Translations under genes and position numbers: made by a program
Assembly: GCA_965242865.1 (NCBI GenBank)
Contig: CBDETK010000013.1
Span: 1,120,001 to 1,184,000 of the forward strand
Length of the DNA stretch: 64,000 bases
Source of the DNA: Candidatus Latescibacterota bacterium
Lineage (GTDB): Bacteria > Latescibacterota > UBA2968 > UBA8231
Reading direction: 5' to 3'
Notes under the pieces: generated by a model
The model's input: the letters and a program-made list of their open reading frames with translations, nothing else
Databases searched by the model: none
What the model was told of the DNA's origin: nothing
Shown: positions 55,976 to 64,000 of the stretch, piece by piece
How the letters are laid out: the number at the start of each line of letters is the position of its first letter
How positions within the stretch are numbered: the stretch's first letter is position 1

Positions 55976-57733
55976 ATGCTTTCGTTGAAATCTCTCAAAA
56001 CCCTGCTTGGGTTCGTCCTTTTGGGCGTCGTCGGCACTTGGATCGGCTGCTCGGACTCCGCGCCGGTCGCTTCTCGGCCAGCGGGCAAAGCCACCTGTTC
56101 CTTATGCGAATTCTTGGGCGACGACGCCTACACCGCTACCGACGGGCTGGCCGCCCCCGAAAGCCCTGACACCACCCAAACCGACGCCGACGCCGATAGC
56201 ACCCAGACCGCCGACGCTGACGCCGATAGCACCCAATCGGCCACCGTGGAGTTTGCCGACGCCAATTTGGAGCGAGCGGTGCGGGAGGCGTTGGACCGTC
56301 CGCAAGGGCCGATTACCCCGGCAGACTTGGCGGCCCTAACCGAACTCGACGCGAGTTATAAAAACATTGAGAGCTTGGCCGGCCTTGAACACGCAACGGC
56401 CCTGACAACGTTGTATCTGCGGGGCAACGCGATTACCGACGTGAGTCCCTTGGCCAGCCTGACCAATCTTCAAACGTTGTCGCTGTGGGGCAACAAGGTG
56501 GCGGATGCGAGTCCGCTGGCCAGCCTGATCAGCTTACGTACGCTGGATATGTGGGGCAACGCGATTACCGACGTGCAGCCGTTCGCGGGCCTAACGAACC
56601 TGCAATTTCTCAATCTAGGTGACAACGACATTGCGGACGTCAGTCCCTTGGCCAGCCTGACGAACCTGCAATGGCTGGGCGTGATGGAAAACGCCCTTAG
56701 CCAGCACGCCGCTAACCAACAACTCGCCGCCGCGATAACAAGCGGCCTCCGCGTCGAAGCGGTACTAGAAAAATACCCCCGCGTCGAAACCGTACAAGTC
56801 TATCCAGAAGAACCGGAACCGATGGCAAGGCCCGCCCTATACTTCGCGGACGATGACACGGGACCATATGCAGATGAAAGAGACAGACGGTCTCGGATTT
56901 GGCGTGCCGACTTGGATGGCAGAAACCGCCAATCCTTCATCCTCCCTGAAGAATATGCTCCTGGACCTTTAGGAGTACTCGAAGCCCAAGGAAGTCATCC
57001 AACAGGCATCGCGGTGGATTCGGAGAACAGAAAGATATACTGGACGGACGGGGTCCTAAATAGTTCGATACGGCGTTCCGACTTGGATGGCACAGGCACG
57101 GAAACCCTCGTCTCGAGATTGGGGGGGACATCGGGCATCGCGCTGGACGTGGAGAATGGAAAGATATACACGATAGTCGGGGTCGGGACTGCTACGGATA
57201 CTATTAGCTCTTTCAACTTGCATGGCAGAGACCGCCAAAACCTCGTCATCGATGACTTGAATGAGCCAGCCAGCATCGCGCTGGACGTGGAGAATAGAAA
57301 GATGTACTGGACGAACTGGGGCGAAGATAAGATTGAGTATGCCAACTTGGATGGGGATGGCGGTGTCTCAAGCCGCCAAGAATTCCTTGCGAGCACTATG
57401 AATGGCGATCCGGCCGATTGGGCATCGGGCCTCGCGCTGGATGGGGTGAACAGAAAGATATACTGGGTGACTTACTCGCGCCCTTCGGGCCCGAGTAAAA
57501 TTATGTGGGCCAACTTGGCTGGGGATGGCTCATTGGATGGGAGCGCCCAAGACTGCATCACCACGGAGTTGACGACGGCATGGGGCCTCGCGGTGGATGC
57601 GGCGGGCGGAAAGATATACTGGGTGGACAGGGACGCGCGGACGGTTGGGTGGGCCAACTTGGATTGCTCAGAACCCGAAGACATCATCGAGGGGTTGCGA
57701 TTTCCACTGTACATCGCGCTGGGTGTTTGGTAG
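55976..57733 (+). CDS. Lipoprotein with internalin-like LRRs and YWTD (LDL-receptor class B) propeller
   Basis: Lipobox-like WIGC; FADANLERAVR cap; L..L.L.GN.I.DVSPLASL repeats; GIA.D....KIYWTD repeats. Confidence 0.88.
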   Translation: MLSLKSLKTLLGFVLLGVVGTWIGCSDSAPVASRPAGKATCSLCEFLGDDAYTATDGLAAPESPDTTQTDADADSTQTADADADSTQSATVEFADANLERAVREALDRPQGPITPADLAALTELDASYKNIESLAGLEHATALTTLYLRGNAITDVSPLASLTNLQTLSLWGNKVADASPLASLISLRTLDMWGNAITDVQPFAGLTNLQFLNLGDNDIADVSPLASLTNLQWLGVMENALSQHAANQQLAAAITSGLRVEAVLEKYPRVETVQVYPEEPEPMARPALYFADDDTGPYADERDRRSRIWRADLDGRNRQSFILPEEYAPGPLGVLEAQGSHPTGIAVDSENRKIYWTDGVLNSSIRRSDLDGTGTETLVSRLGGTSGIALDVENGKIYTIVGVGTATDTISSFNLHGRDRQNLVIDDLNEPASIALDVENRKMYWTNWGEDKIEYANLDGDGGVSSRQEFLASTMNGDPADWASGLALDGVNRKIYWVTYSRPSGPSKIMWANLAGDGSLDGSAQDCITTELTTAWGLAVDAAGGKIYWVDRDARTVGWANLDCSEPEDIIEGLRFPLYIALGVW

Positions 57734-57783
57734 GCATGGAGGTTCACCTGCCCGGCTGGCATGGCGTTGAGGTCGCCACCACC

Positions 57784-57870
57784 GTAGGGGACAGGCCCCC
57801 GTGCCTGTCCCCGTACCTGTCCCATGCCTGTCCCGTACCTGTCCCGTGCCTGTCCCCATGCCTGTCCCCG
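57784..57870. repeat. GTAG-type REP with slippage-expanded 11-12-bp units
   Basis: GTAGGGGACAGGCCCCCGTGCCTGTCCCC followed by about five RTRCCTGTCCC units. Confidence 0.8.
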
Positions 57871-57902
57871 ATCCCGCCCCTCGGAATGCACCAGCACGAA
57901 CC

Positions 57903-58934
57903 TCATTCCCACGCCCGCTCCTCCAGCATGCCCTCGCATCGCCGCCCATCCTCAAAAACCACCCGCACCTCCACCTGCGGCCGGTCAAAGTCGGCCGGCA
58001 ATTCCCACAAATGCGTCGCCAGATTGCGCGACGATTCGGCCCGCGGATCAATCGGCCCCAGCGGCCCCAAGTCCCCCACCTCAACCTGCGTGTGCGGCGA
58101 CCCATCGAACACATTGACAAAGCGGCGACCCGACGCCCGATGCAGGCACAGTTCCATCGCCTCGTCTTGCCGAGACTCGAAGGCGTGGTATTGGCTCTTA
58201 AACCCCCCTTCCCCAGCGACTTCAACCACCCGATACCCCTGCGGCTCGCGCCCTTGGGGACCGCGACTTTCCAGCCCGGCCTTCCACCAGTTGCCCGCGA
58301 CCGCGGCGGTGGTCATCACCTCCATCGAGCCGACGAAGTGGCGGCCGTTTTCGTGGTCGTGGCCGTGCAATCCGATCACCCGCTCAAAGGGCTGCAACAG
58401 GGTCAGCACGCGCTGCGCCCCGGCCATCTCGTTGGTCGGAAAGGCCATGCCCGGCACCTGCCCCATGCGCTGGGGAAAGGTCGTCGATAGGGGCACGTGG
58501 CTGGCCACCACCAGCGGCGTACCCAAGTCCAGCCCCGCCAAATCGGCCGCCAGCCACTCCAACAGGGCCTCGTCGGCCAACACGTGCCAGTTGGCCGGGT
58601 GCTCCTCGGTCGGCTCGAAATAGCGCACCGCGTCGAGCAGCACAAAGTGGACCCCGCCTATATCCGCGCTGGCGTGCATCGTCCCCCCTGAGTCCCGGGG
58701 CCGATAGCCGCTGCACATCTCGTGGTTGCCGTAGCTCAGCAGCACCGGCACAGACACCCCCTCCATGATCTGGGCGTACTGGGCCAGTGCCGCGGACGTG
58801 ATCCCCAGATCGCCGCCGTTGATCAGGGCTTCGGGCTGATGCGCCAGCATGGATTCCACGCACCGCTCAAAGCCCGCACGGGCGTCTATGCCGGTGTCGA
58901 GATGAATGTCAGTGAAGTAGATGAACTTCATCAA
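57903..58934 (-). CDS. Calcineurin-like metallophosphoesterase
   Basis: TDIH, GGDL, GNHE, SHVP, GHDH. Confidence 0.88.
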   Translation of the reverse strand: MMKFIYFTDIHLDTGIDARAGFERCVESMLAHQPEALINGGDLGITSAALAQYAQIMEGVSVPVLLSYGNHEMCSGYRPRDSGGTMHASADIGGVHFVLLDAVRYFEPTEEHPANWHVLADEALLEWLAADLAGLDLGTPLVVASHVPLSTTFPQRMGQVPGMAFPTNEMAGAQRVLTLLQPFERVIGLHGHDHENGRHFVGSMEVMTTAAVAGNWWKAGLESRGPQGREPQGYRVVEVAGEGGFKSQYHAFESRQDEAMELCLHRASGRRFVNVFDGSPHTQVEVGDLGPLGPIDPRAESSRNLATHLWELPADFDRPQVEVRVVFEDGRRCEGMLEERAWE

Positions 58935-59018
58935 AACCTCCTTGGCAGAACGGCCGATGCGCGGCAGCCGGGCCGCCGCGCATCGGTGGATTCAATTACC
59001 TTGGGAGAGGGCCCCTGT

Positions 59019-59657
59019 TCACGGACGCCACGCCTCTTTCAGGCGGCCCCAAGTCGTTGGGGCGACCGAGGTGGAGGCATCTACGCGGTGGAACGTCGAA
59101 ATGGCGACATCGCCTTCCTCGGTGGTCGTCGTAATGGCCAAGGAGTCGCCCTCGATCTCGTAGGCGACGAACAGGTCGTAGCGGGTTAGTTGTCTCTCCA
59201 GAAAGCCACCGACGAACCCGGCGATGTACTCCGCTTCAAACGCCGGGTAGTCCTCTTCGGACATTCCCCCTGCGTCCGCTACGGCCCGGGCCAAGCCGCG
59301 GGCGATTTCGGTAAAAAACTCAACCGCCGGTTGGTCGCCGACGAACTGGCCGACTTCGTCGCCTTCGATCCACAGGCTGTCGCCTTCGGTCCGATACGTG
59401 CCGGTGACGTGGGCCGAGAGCCCCTGGATTGGCGGCACCAACTCGCTCAGTTCCGGGGGAATTTCAAAGAAGCCGTCCGGCAGGAAGGCGATCATTTTGC
59501 AAGTGCCATCGGCTTCAAAGGTCAGGCGGAAAGCAACCTCGCCTAAGTTATCCTGGACGATACTCCCTTCCCAAGTGCCGATGAGGGCCTCGTCTTGGGC
59601 GGCGAGCGGCAGGGCGAGCAGGCAGAGGAACGCGATAGACGACAAAAACTGGGGCAT
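59019..59657 (-). CDS. Secreted hypothetical protein with C-terminal TSV..TTWGRLK motif
   Basis: Signal peptide, LIGTWEG lipocalin-like start, terminal STSVAPTTWGRLK. Confidence 0.72.
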   Translation of the reverse strand: MPQFLSSIAFLCLLALPLAAQDEALIGTWEGSIVQDNLGEVAFRLTFEADGTCKMIAFLPDGFFEIPPELSELVPPIQGLSAHVTGTYRTEGDSLWIEGDEVGQFVGDQPAVEFFTEIARGLARAVADAGGMSEEDYPAFEAEYIAGFVGGFLERQLTRYDLFVAYEIEGDSLAITTTTEEGDVAISTFHRVDASTSVAPTTWGRLKEAWRP

Positions 59658-59777
59658 GAGGGTCTCCTTTAAGGGTAAGAAATGGCGATACGTGAAAAGT
59701 ACGTCGGGACCGCCTCGGCCACAACGCGACGCCGGGCAACATGCAGACGCTACCCGCCGCCTTTCGTTCCCACGGGG

Positions 59778-61046
59778 CTAATCGTCGGGCGTTTGCCGAC
59801 TGACAACCTGCTGCTCCTGTTGCACGCGCTGGTACAAGCGCTGCCATTCCTTGGAGCCATCGTCCGCCAAAACCTCGGTGCGCACACCCTCCACATAAGT
59901 GCCCGGCGCGCTGAGGTTCTCCATGTACATGCAGGTGCCGTCCGGGTAGCAAACCGCGTTGATCAGCCGCGGCTGGGGGTGCGTGTAGGGCCGTCCCTGC
60001 CGGGCGTGTTCTTCGAGCTGCTCCGGCGGAACGCGGTATTGCTCAACCGCGGCCTCATCCACCTCGACGCCGAGGCCGGGGCTGTCGGGGACCCGCTGGT
60101 GCCCGTTGATCACCTCAACCGGCTCGGTCAGCAGATGGTGGCTGTACATATTGATACAGCTAATCGCCGGCCACCGGGCGTGGGTCAGCACCGCGCCGAG
60201 ATGGGCGTCCCAGGTGGTGGTCAACCCATTGCCGACGATCTGCAACCAAAACGGCATGGCCACTTCCGCGGCGCATTGCCCCTCGCGCATGGTCTGCGAT
60301 TTGCCGCCCCCAATCACAAAGCCGTCGCACACTTCTTCGCGCACCGCCGTGATCAGCGGCGGCGAACCAAAGTGCATGGCCACCGGCCGGTTGACCGCTC
60401 GGCGAATTTGGCGATTGCCGAGCAGGTCCGCCTGCGGGATGGGCGTTTCAAACATGGCCACGTTTTCGTAGCGTTCGAGCCGCTTCATGATCGGAATGGC
60501 GTTGGCCGCGTTTTCCCAAGAGCCGTTGGGGTCGAGGTCGAGATGAAAATGAGGGGGCACCACTTGGCAGATGGCTTCGACCTGCGCGACGATGTCGTTC
60601 CAAGGGCGCGGTTTGTTCTTGAGACTCGTGTAGCCATGCGCCACGGCCTCGGCGGCTTCGGCGGCCCAGTGTTCCGGTGAGGCGTGGCTACACCACCAAG
60701 AGATCGGCGTCCAGTCGCGCACTTTGGTGCCCAGCAGGCGATGCACCGGGACTTCGAGGATTTTGCCGACCACGTCAAACAGCGCCATCTGCAAACCAGC
60801 GCCCAAGCCGTCTTCGTGCATCAGCTCGGCCGGGCTTTGGCCGATGGTGCGCGCCACCGCATCATCGGTCACCCGGCCGTAAGTGTAGTGAACGACGGTT
60901 TCTCCCCAACCTACGTGGCCGGTGTCGGTGACGACCTTACACAGCTCTAGGATGGACCAGTTGTAAACCGACTGGCGAGTAATCTCCTGCTGTCTCGGCG
61001 TGAACGGAACATCGACGACAATGCGTTCGACATGGGTGACTTTCAT
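59778..61046 (-). CDS. Mandelate racemase/muconate lactonising enzyme family protein
   Basis: GWGE, MALFDVVGK, LKNK, DPN, FETP, VPDSPGLGVE. Confidence 0.88.
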   Translation of the reverse strand: MKVTHVERIVVDVPFTPRQQEITRQSVYNWSILELCKVVTDTGHVGWGETVVHYTYGRVTDDAVARTIGQSPAELMHEDGLGAGLQMALFDVVGKILEVPVHRLLGTKVRDWTPISWWCSHASPEHWAAEAAEAVAHGYTSLKNKPRPWNDIVAQVEAICQVVPPHFHLDLDPNGSWENAANAIPIMKRLERYENVAMFETPIPQADLLGNRQIRRAVNRPVAMHFGSPPLITAVREEVCDGFVIGGGKSQTMREGQCAAEVAMPFWLQIVGNGLTTTWDAHLGAVLTHARWPAISCINMYSHHLLTEPVEVINGHQRVPDSPGLGVEVDEAAVEQYRVPPEQLEEHARQGRPYTHPQPRLINAVCYPDGTCMYMENLSAPGTYVEGVRTEVLADDGSKEWQRLYQRVQQEQQVVSRQTPDD

Positions 61047-61147
61047 GGGGTCTCCTTTCGGCGGGGACGAAGTAGATAGGTGTTGAACGGCAGCGGACGC
61101 GGAGTTAAGATAATCTCCCCTTAACCAGCACGCTATATCTTATATAA

Positions 61148-61236
61148 ATGAAGAATAAGGCGCATAACCCGGCCGCTCGACGCCATTAACGCCGCGGCCG
61201 CGTGGGCGAGTACGCTGCATCTGTGGTGGGCGCGGC
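61148..61236 (+). pseudogene. Collapsed remnant of a PIN-DUF1156 gene pair
   Basis: First 21 nt identical to the PIN gene start (62664-62684), joined to pieces matching DUF1156 63250-63341. Confidence 0.8.
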
Positions 61237-61427
61237 TGTTTGGCGCGCTGAAGCGGTTGCGGACGCGCCCAAGATGCCGCCCTTTAAGCAGGTGCGGGGA
61301 CGGTCGTTTCCCGGCAAGGTTTGAGGCGGGGCACTATACACTATCGAGCCTCTCATCATATTTTATATGATAAGCTAGAGGACAATCTACCAGCCCGTCC
61401 TAAGTTCTTTCCGACGCTGGGACCACA

Positions 61428-62300
61428 ATGATCTATTACCTACCAACCGTGCATAGTAACCGCCAAGGCTTCGAGAGCATCGGAGCCCTTGCCAAGGAGG
61501 CCGAAGATCTCTTTGCCGACCACCTAGAACTCAATATGTCTCGGGTGCGCTCTTTCGACGCCAACATGGCTGCCCCTTTGGGAGCGATTCTTGCCCAAGT
61601 GGCGGACCAATTCAACATCGTGGAGATCGTTGATATTCCCGACAAGGTGGAACAGGTGCTTCGGAAAAATCGGTTCTTAACCAATTATTGGTATGAACCT
61701 CTCGATGATGCTGACCACATAACGATGCCCTTTCGCCGCCTGCGCCTTAGGGATGAAGGCAAGTTCGAGCAATACATCTATCGGCAACTCAGCGGCAGAG
61801 GCATCCCCAAGATGTCTAAAGGAGCGAGCCGAGTTTTCAAAAAAAAGGTCTTTGAGGTTTATCAGAATGCCGTCACCCACTCCGAATCAGAACTCGGTGT
61901 TTTCGTCTGTGGCCAATTCTTCCTGCACCGGCATCGCCTCAACTTCACTATCGCCGATGCCGGTATCGGAATCCGCGATACCGTCCGCCGTTACTTCGAT
62001 CATCCCCGTATCGGTTCCCTCCCGGCTCTTGAATGGGCACTCGAGCCGCGTAACACCACGAAGTACGGCTCTCATCCCGGTGGGCTAGGTTTTGAATTTC
62101 TTCAGAAATTCGCCCGCCTCAATGAAGGGAAGATTCAGATCGCCTCTCGCTTCGGATTTTACGAGTTGAACTGCGACGGGGAAATCTTTGAGGAGATGGA
62201 GACGGATTTCCCCGGAACTGCCGTAACGATTGGGATCAATACGGCCGATGAGGGGGTCTATTTCTTGAAGAGTGAAATCGACACGGACAACGTGTCTTAA
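61428..62300 (+). CDS. STAS-like + GHKL ATPase/kinase (anti-sigma kinase-like)
   Basis: EVYQNAVTHS, IADAGIGI, GGLG, FPGT.V GHKL boxes; N-terminal L.MS.V.SFDA STAS-like segment. Confidence 0.82.
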   Translation: MIYYLPTVHSNRQGFESIGALAKEAEDLFADHLELNMSRVRSFDANMAAPLGAILAQVADQFNIVEIVDIPDKVEQVLRKNRFLTNYWYEPLDDADHITMPFRRLRLRDEGKFEQYIYRQLSGRGIPKMSKGASRVFKKKVFEVYQNAVTHSESELGVFVCGQFFLHRHRLNFTIADAGIGIRDTVRRYFDHPRIGSLPALEWALEPRNTTKYGSHPGGLGFEFLQKFARLNEGKIQIASRFGFYELNCDGEIFEEMETDFPGTAVTIGINTADEGVYFLKSEIDTDNVS

Positions 62301-62317
62301 TTAGAAAGGGTGAAAAC

Positions 62318-62674
62318 GTGACTGAACCAATTGCTGTGCAAGTGTTTGACCTCATCGGCGGTCCCCTGTGCGTATCCGCCAGCGATGGCCAGCGTCTGCA
62401 CGATAAGATCGCCCCTCTTTTAAGGAAGGAGACGCCAGTTGTCCTTTCCTTCAAGCGGGTGGACATCCTCATCTCCGCGTTTCTGAACGCGGCCATAGGC
62501 CAGCTCTACGGTGATCTGCCCGAGGATCGCCTTGATGAATTGCTTTCCTTCCGCGACTTGGCTGATGACGACCGCGAAATGATCACACACGTCATTGAAA
62601 ACGCCAAGGCGTATTTCAGCAGACCCGAGGACTTTGACCGGGCATGGCAGGAGGAACTAGGCGATGAAGAATAA
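62318..62674 (+). CDS. STAS-like DUF4325 protein
   Basis: DGQ.L...V.LSF..V..LISAFLNAAIGQLY. Confidence 0.82.
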   Translation: MTEPIAVQVFDLIGGPLCVSASDGQRLHDKIAPLLRKETPVVLSFKRVDILISAFLNAAIGQLYGDLPEDRLDELLSFRDLADDDREMITHVIENAKAYFSRPEDFDRAWQEELGDEE

Positions 62675-63218
62675 GGCGCATAACTTGGCGACCTATTCGT
62701 TCAGCAAGGACGAAACTCTCCTACTCGATGCCAACGTGTGGCTCTACCTGTATCCACCACCATCCCAAAAAATCAAGCGCAAATTCATCCAGCAATACAG
62801 CAAGGGGTTAGGATCCATGCGGTCCGCAGATGCACAATTGATCATGGACGCTATGGTGCTCGGTGAATACTTGAACACCTACTGCCGCATTGAATGGAAG
62901 GCCCTGCACCAGAGCCAGTATCCTAAATTCAAATCATTCCGCAAATCGGCGGATTTCAAGGAGGTTGGCAAAAAAGCGGCCTCCTTTGCAGGCTCCATGC
63001 TCAAGCTCTGTGCCTGCCACGATCATCCTTTTGCTGCGGCCAATATCAAGCAAGTGCTGGCTGATTTTGCAGCGGGGACAACTGATTTCAACGATGGCTT
63101 GCTGGCCGAAACATGTCGCCACAATGGCTGGAAGCTGGTTACGCATGACGGCGATTTCACGTCTGGCGGCATTGAGGTCTTGACCACAAACTCGCGCCTC
63201 TTGTCCGCCTGCCCATGA
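62664..63218 (+). CDS. PIN-domain (VapC-like) nuclease
   Basis: [24 protein letters not shown]. Confidence 0.85.
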   Translation: MKNKAHNLATYSFSKDETLLLDANVWLYLYPPPSQKIKRKFIQQYSKGLGSMRSADAQLIMDAMVLGEYLNTYCRIEWKALHQSQYPKFKSFRKSADFKEVGKKAASFAGSMLKLCACHDHPFAAANIKQVLADFAAGTTDFNDGLLAETCRHNGWKLVTHDGDFTSGGIEVLTTNSRLLSACP

Positions 63219-64000
63219 CGCCTCCCCGCAAAAAGCTCATCGAAGTCGCCCTGCCGCTCGACGCTATCAACGCCGCGGCCGCGCGGGAGAAGTCGATTCG
63301 GCATGGGCATCCGAGTACGCTGCATCTGTGGTGGGCGCGGCGGCCGTTGGCTGCGGCGCGGGCGGTGATTTTCGCGCAGATGGTGGATGACCCGTCGGCC
63401 AGCCCCGAGCGGTTCCCTACGGAGGCCGACCAAGACGAGGAGCGCGAGCGGCTGTTTCGCCTTATCGAGGAATTGGTACAGTGGGAGAACACCACGGACG
63501 AACGGGTGTTGCAGCAAGCCCGCGACGAGATTTGGGCGAGCTGGCAACGGACCTGCGCCGACCACGCCGCTCACCCCCGGGCCGCTGAATTGTTCCGCCC
63601 GGATGCGCTGCCGGCCTTTCACGATCCGTTTGCCGGCGGCGGCGCGTTGCCGCTCGAAGCGCAGCGATTGGGGCTGGAAGCCCATGCCAGCGACCTCAAT
63701 CCGGTGGCGGTGCTCATCAACAAGGCCATGATCGAGATACCGCCTAAGTTCGCCGGTCAGCCCCCGGTGAATCCGGCGTCTCGCGGAGAAAAGGGCCTGA
63801 TCGAGCATACATGGAAGGGGGCGCAGGGGCTGGCCGAGGATGTGCGCTACTATGGGCAGTGGATGCGCGACGAAGCCGAGCGGCGCATTGGGCCTTTGTA
63901 TCCGCAGGTCGAGATTACCGAGGAGCTGGTGCGGCAGCGGCCCGACCTTGAACGCTACAAGGGGCGCAAGCTGACGGTGATTGCGTGGCTGTGGGCGCGG
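63215..64000 (+). CDS. DUF1156 domain adenine-methyltransferase-like protein (partial, runs off the window)
   Basis: [15 protein letters not shown]...[22 protein letters not shown]...[22 protein letters not shown]; ATG overlaps the PIN stop; absent from the ORF track. Confidence 0.9.
   Translation, partial: MTPPRKKLIEVALPLDAINAAAAREKSIRHGHPSTLHLWWARRPLAAARAVIFAQMVDDPSASPERFPTEADQDEERERLFRLIEELVQWENTTDERVLQQARDEIWASWQRTCADHAAHPRAAELFRPDALPAFHDPFAGGGALPLEAQRLGLEAHASDLNPVAVLINKAMIEIPPKFAGQPPVNPASRGEKGLIEHTWKGAQGLAEDVRYYGQWMRDEAERRIGPLYPQVEITEELVRQRPDLERYKGRKLTVIAWLWAR

Noticed and set aside
55461-55988. 175-aa ORF through the poly-C tract as a phase-variable N-terminus of the LRR protein
   Set aside because: It is in a different frame, and the LRR frame has a stop at 55892, so slippage cannot fuse them; the LRR gene has its own RBS and signal peptide

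Overview
GC-rich bacterial chromosome segment. The catabolic gene set (enolase-superfamily enzymes, Gfo/Idh/MocA, sugar ABC transporter), an LRR+YWTD surface protein and a C-terminal 'TTWGRLK' motif suggest, by inference only, a Latescibacterota/Poribacteria-like host-associated bacterium. The main accessory feature is a lower-GC defence island at about 4.4-22 kb. It carries two different ubiquitin-like conjugation operons transcribed divergently. The leftward operon is multi-ubiquitin, cysteine-free E2-like, JAB-E1 fusion, DUF6527-like Zn protein and a truncated ATPase. The rightward operon is a Bil/ISG15-like Ubl-E2-JAB-E1 set, preceded by a sigma-70-like factor, an HTH protein and an IrrE/ImmA-peptidase-UvrD-nuclease fusion. 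The sigma gene and the Bil operon share an identically spaced motif, CTTTCCG-N17-CGATTA, which points to a dedicated, possibly protease-gated sigma regulon for antiphage ubiquitination. A type I R-M system, two Uma2 genes, two ABC-ATPase/DUF4276 pairs, a Schlafen/AlbA-domain protein and, at the right end, a STAS-kinase/STAS/PIN cassette coupled to a DUF1156 gene follow. Several MITE/REP-type repeats, gene remnants and pseudogenes are visible. No rRNA, tRNA, CRISPR array or intact integrase/transposase was recognised. All family assignments come from motif recognition by eye, without database searches.
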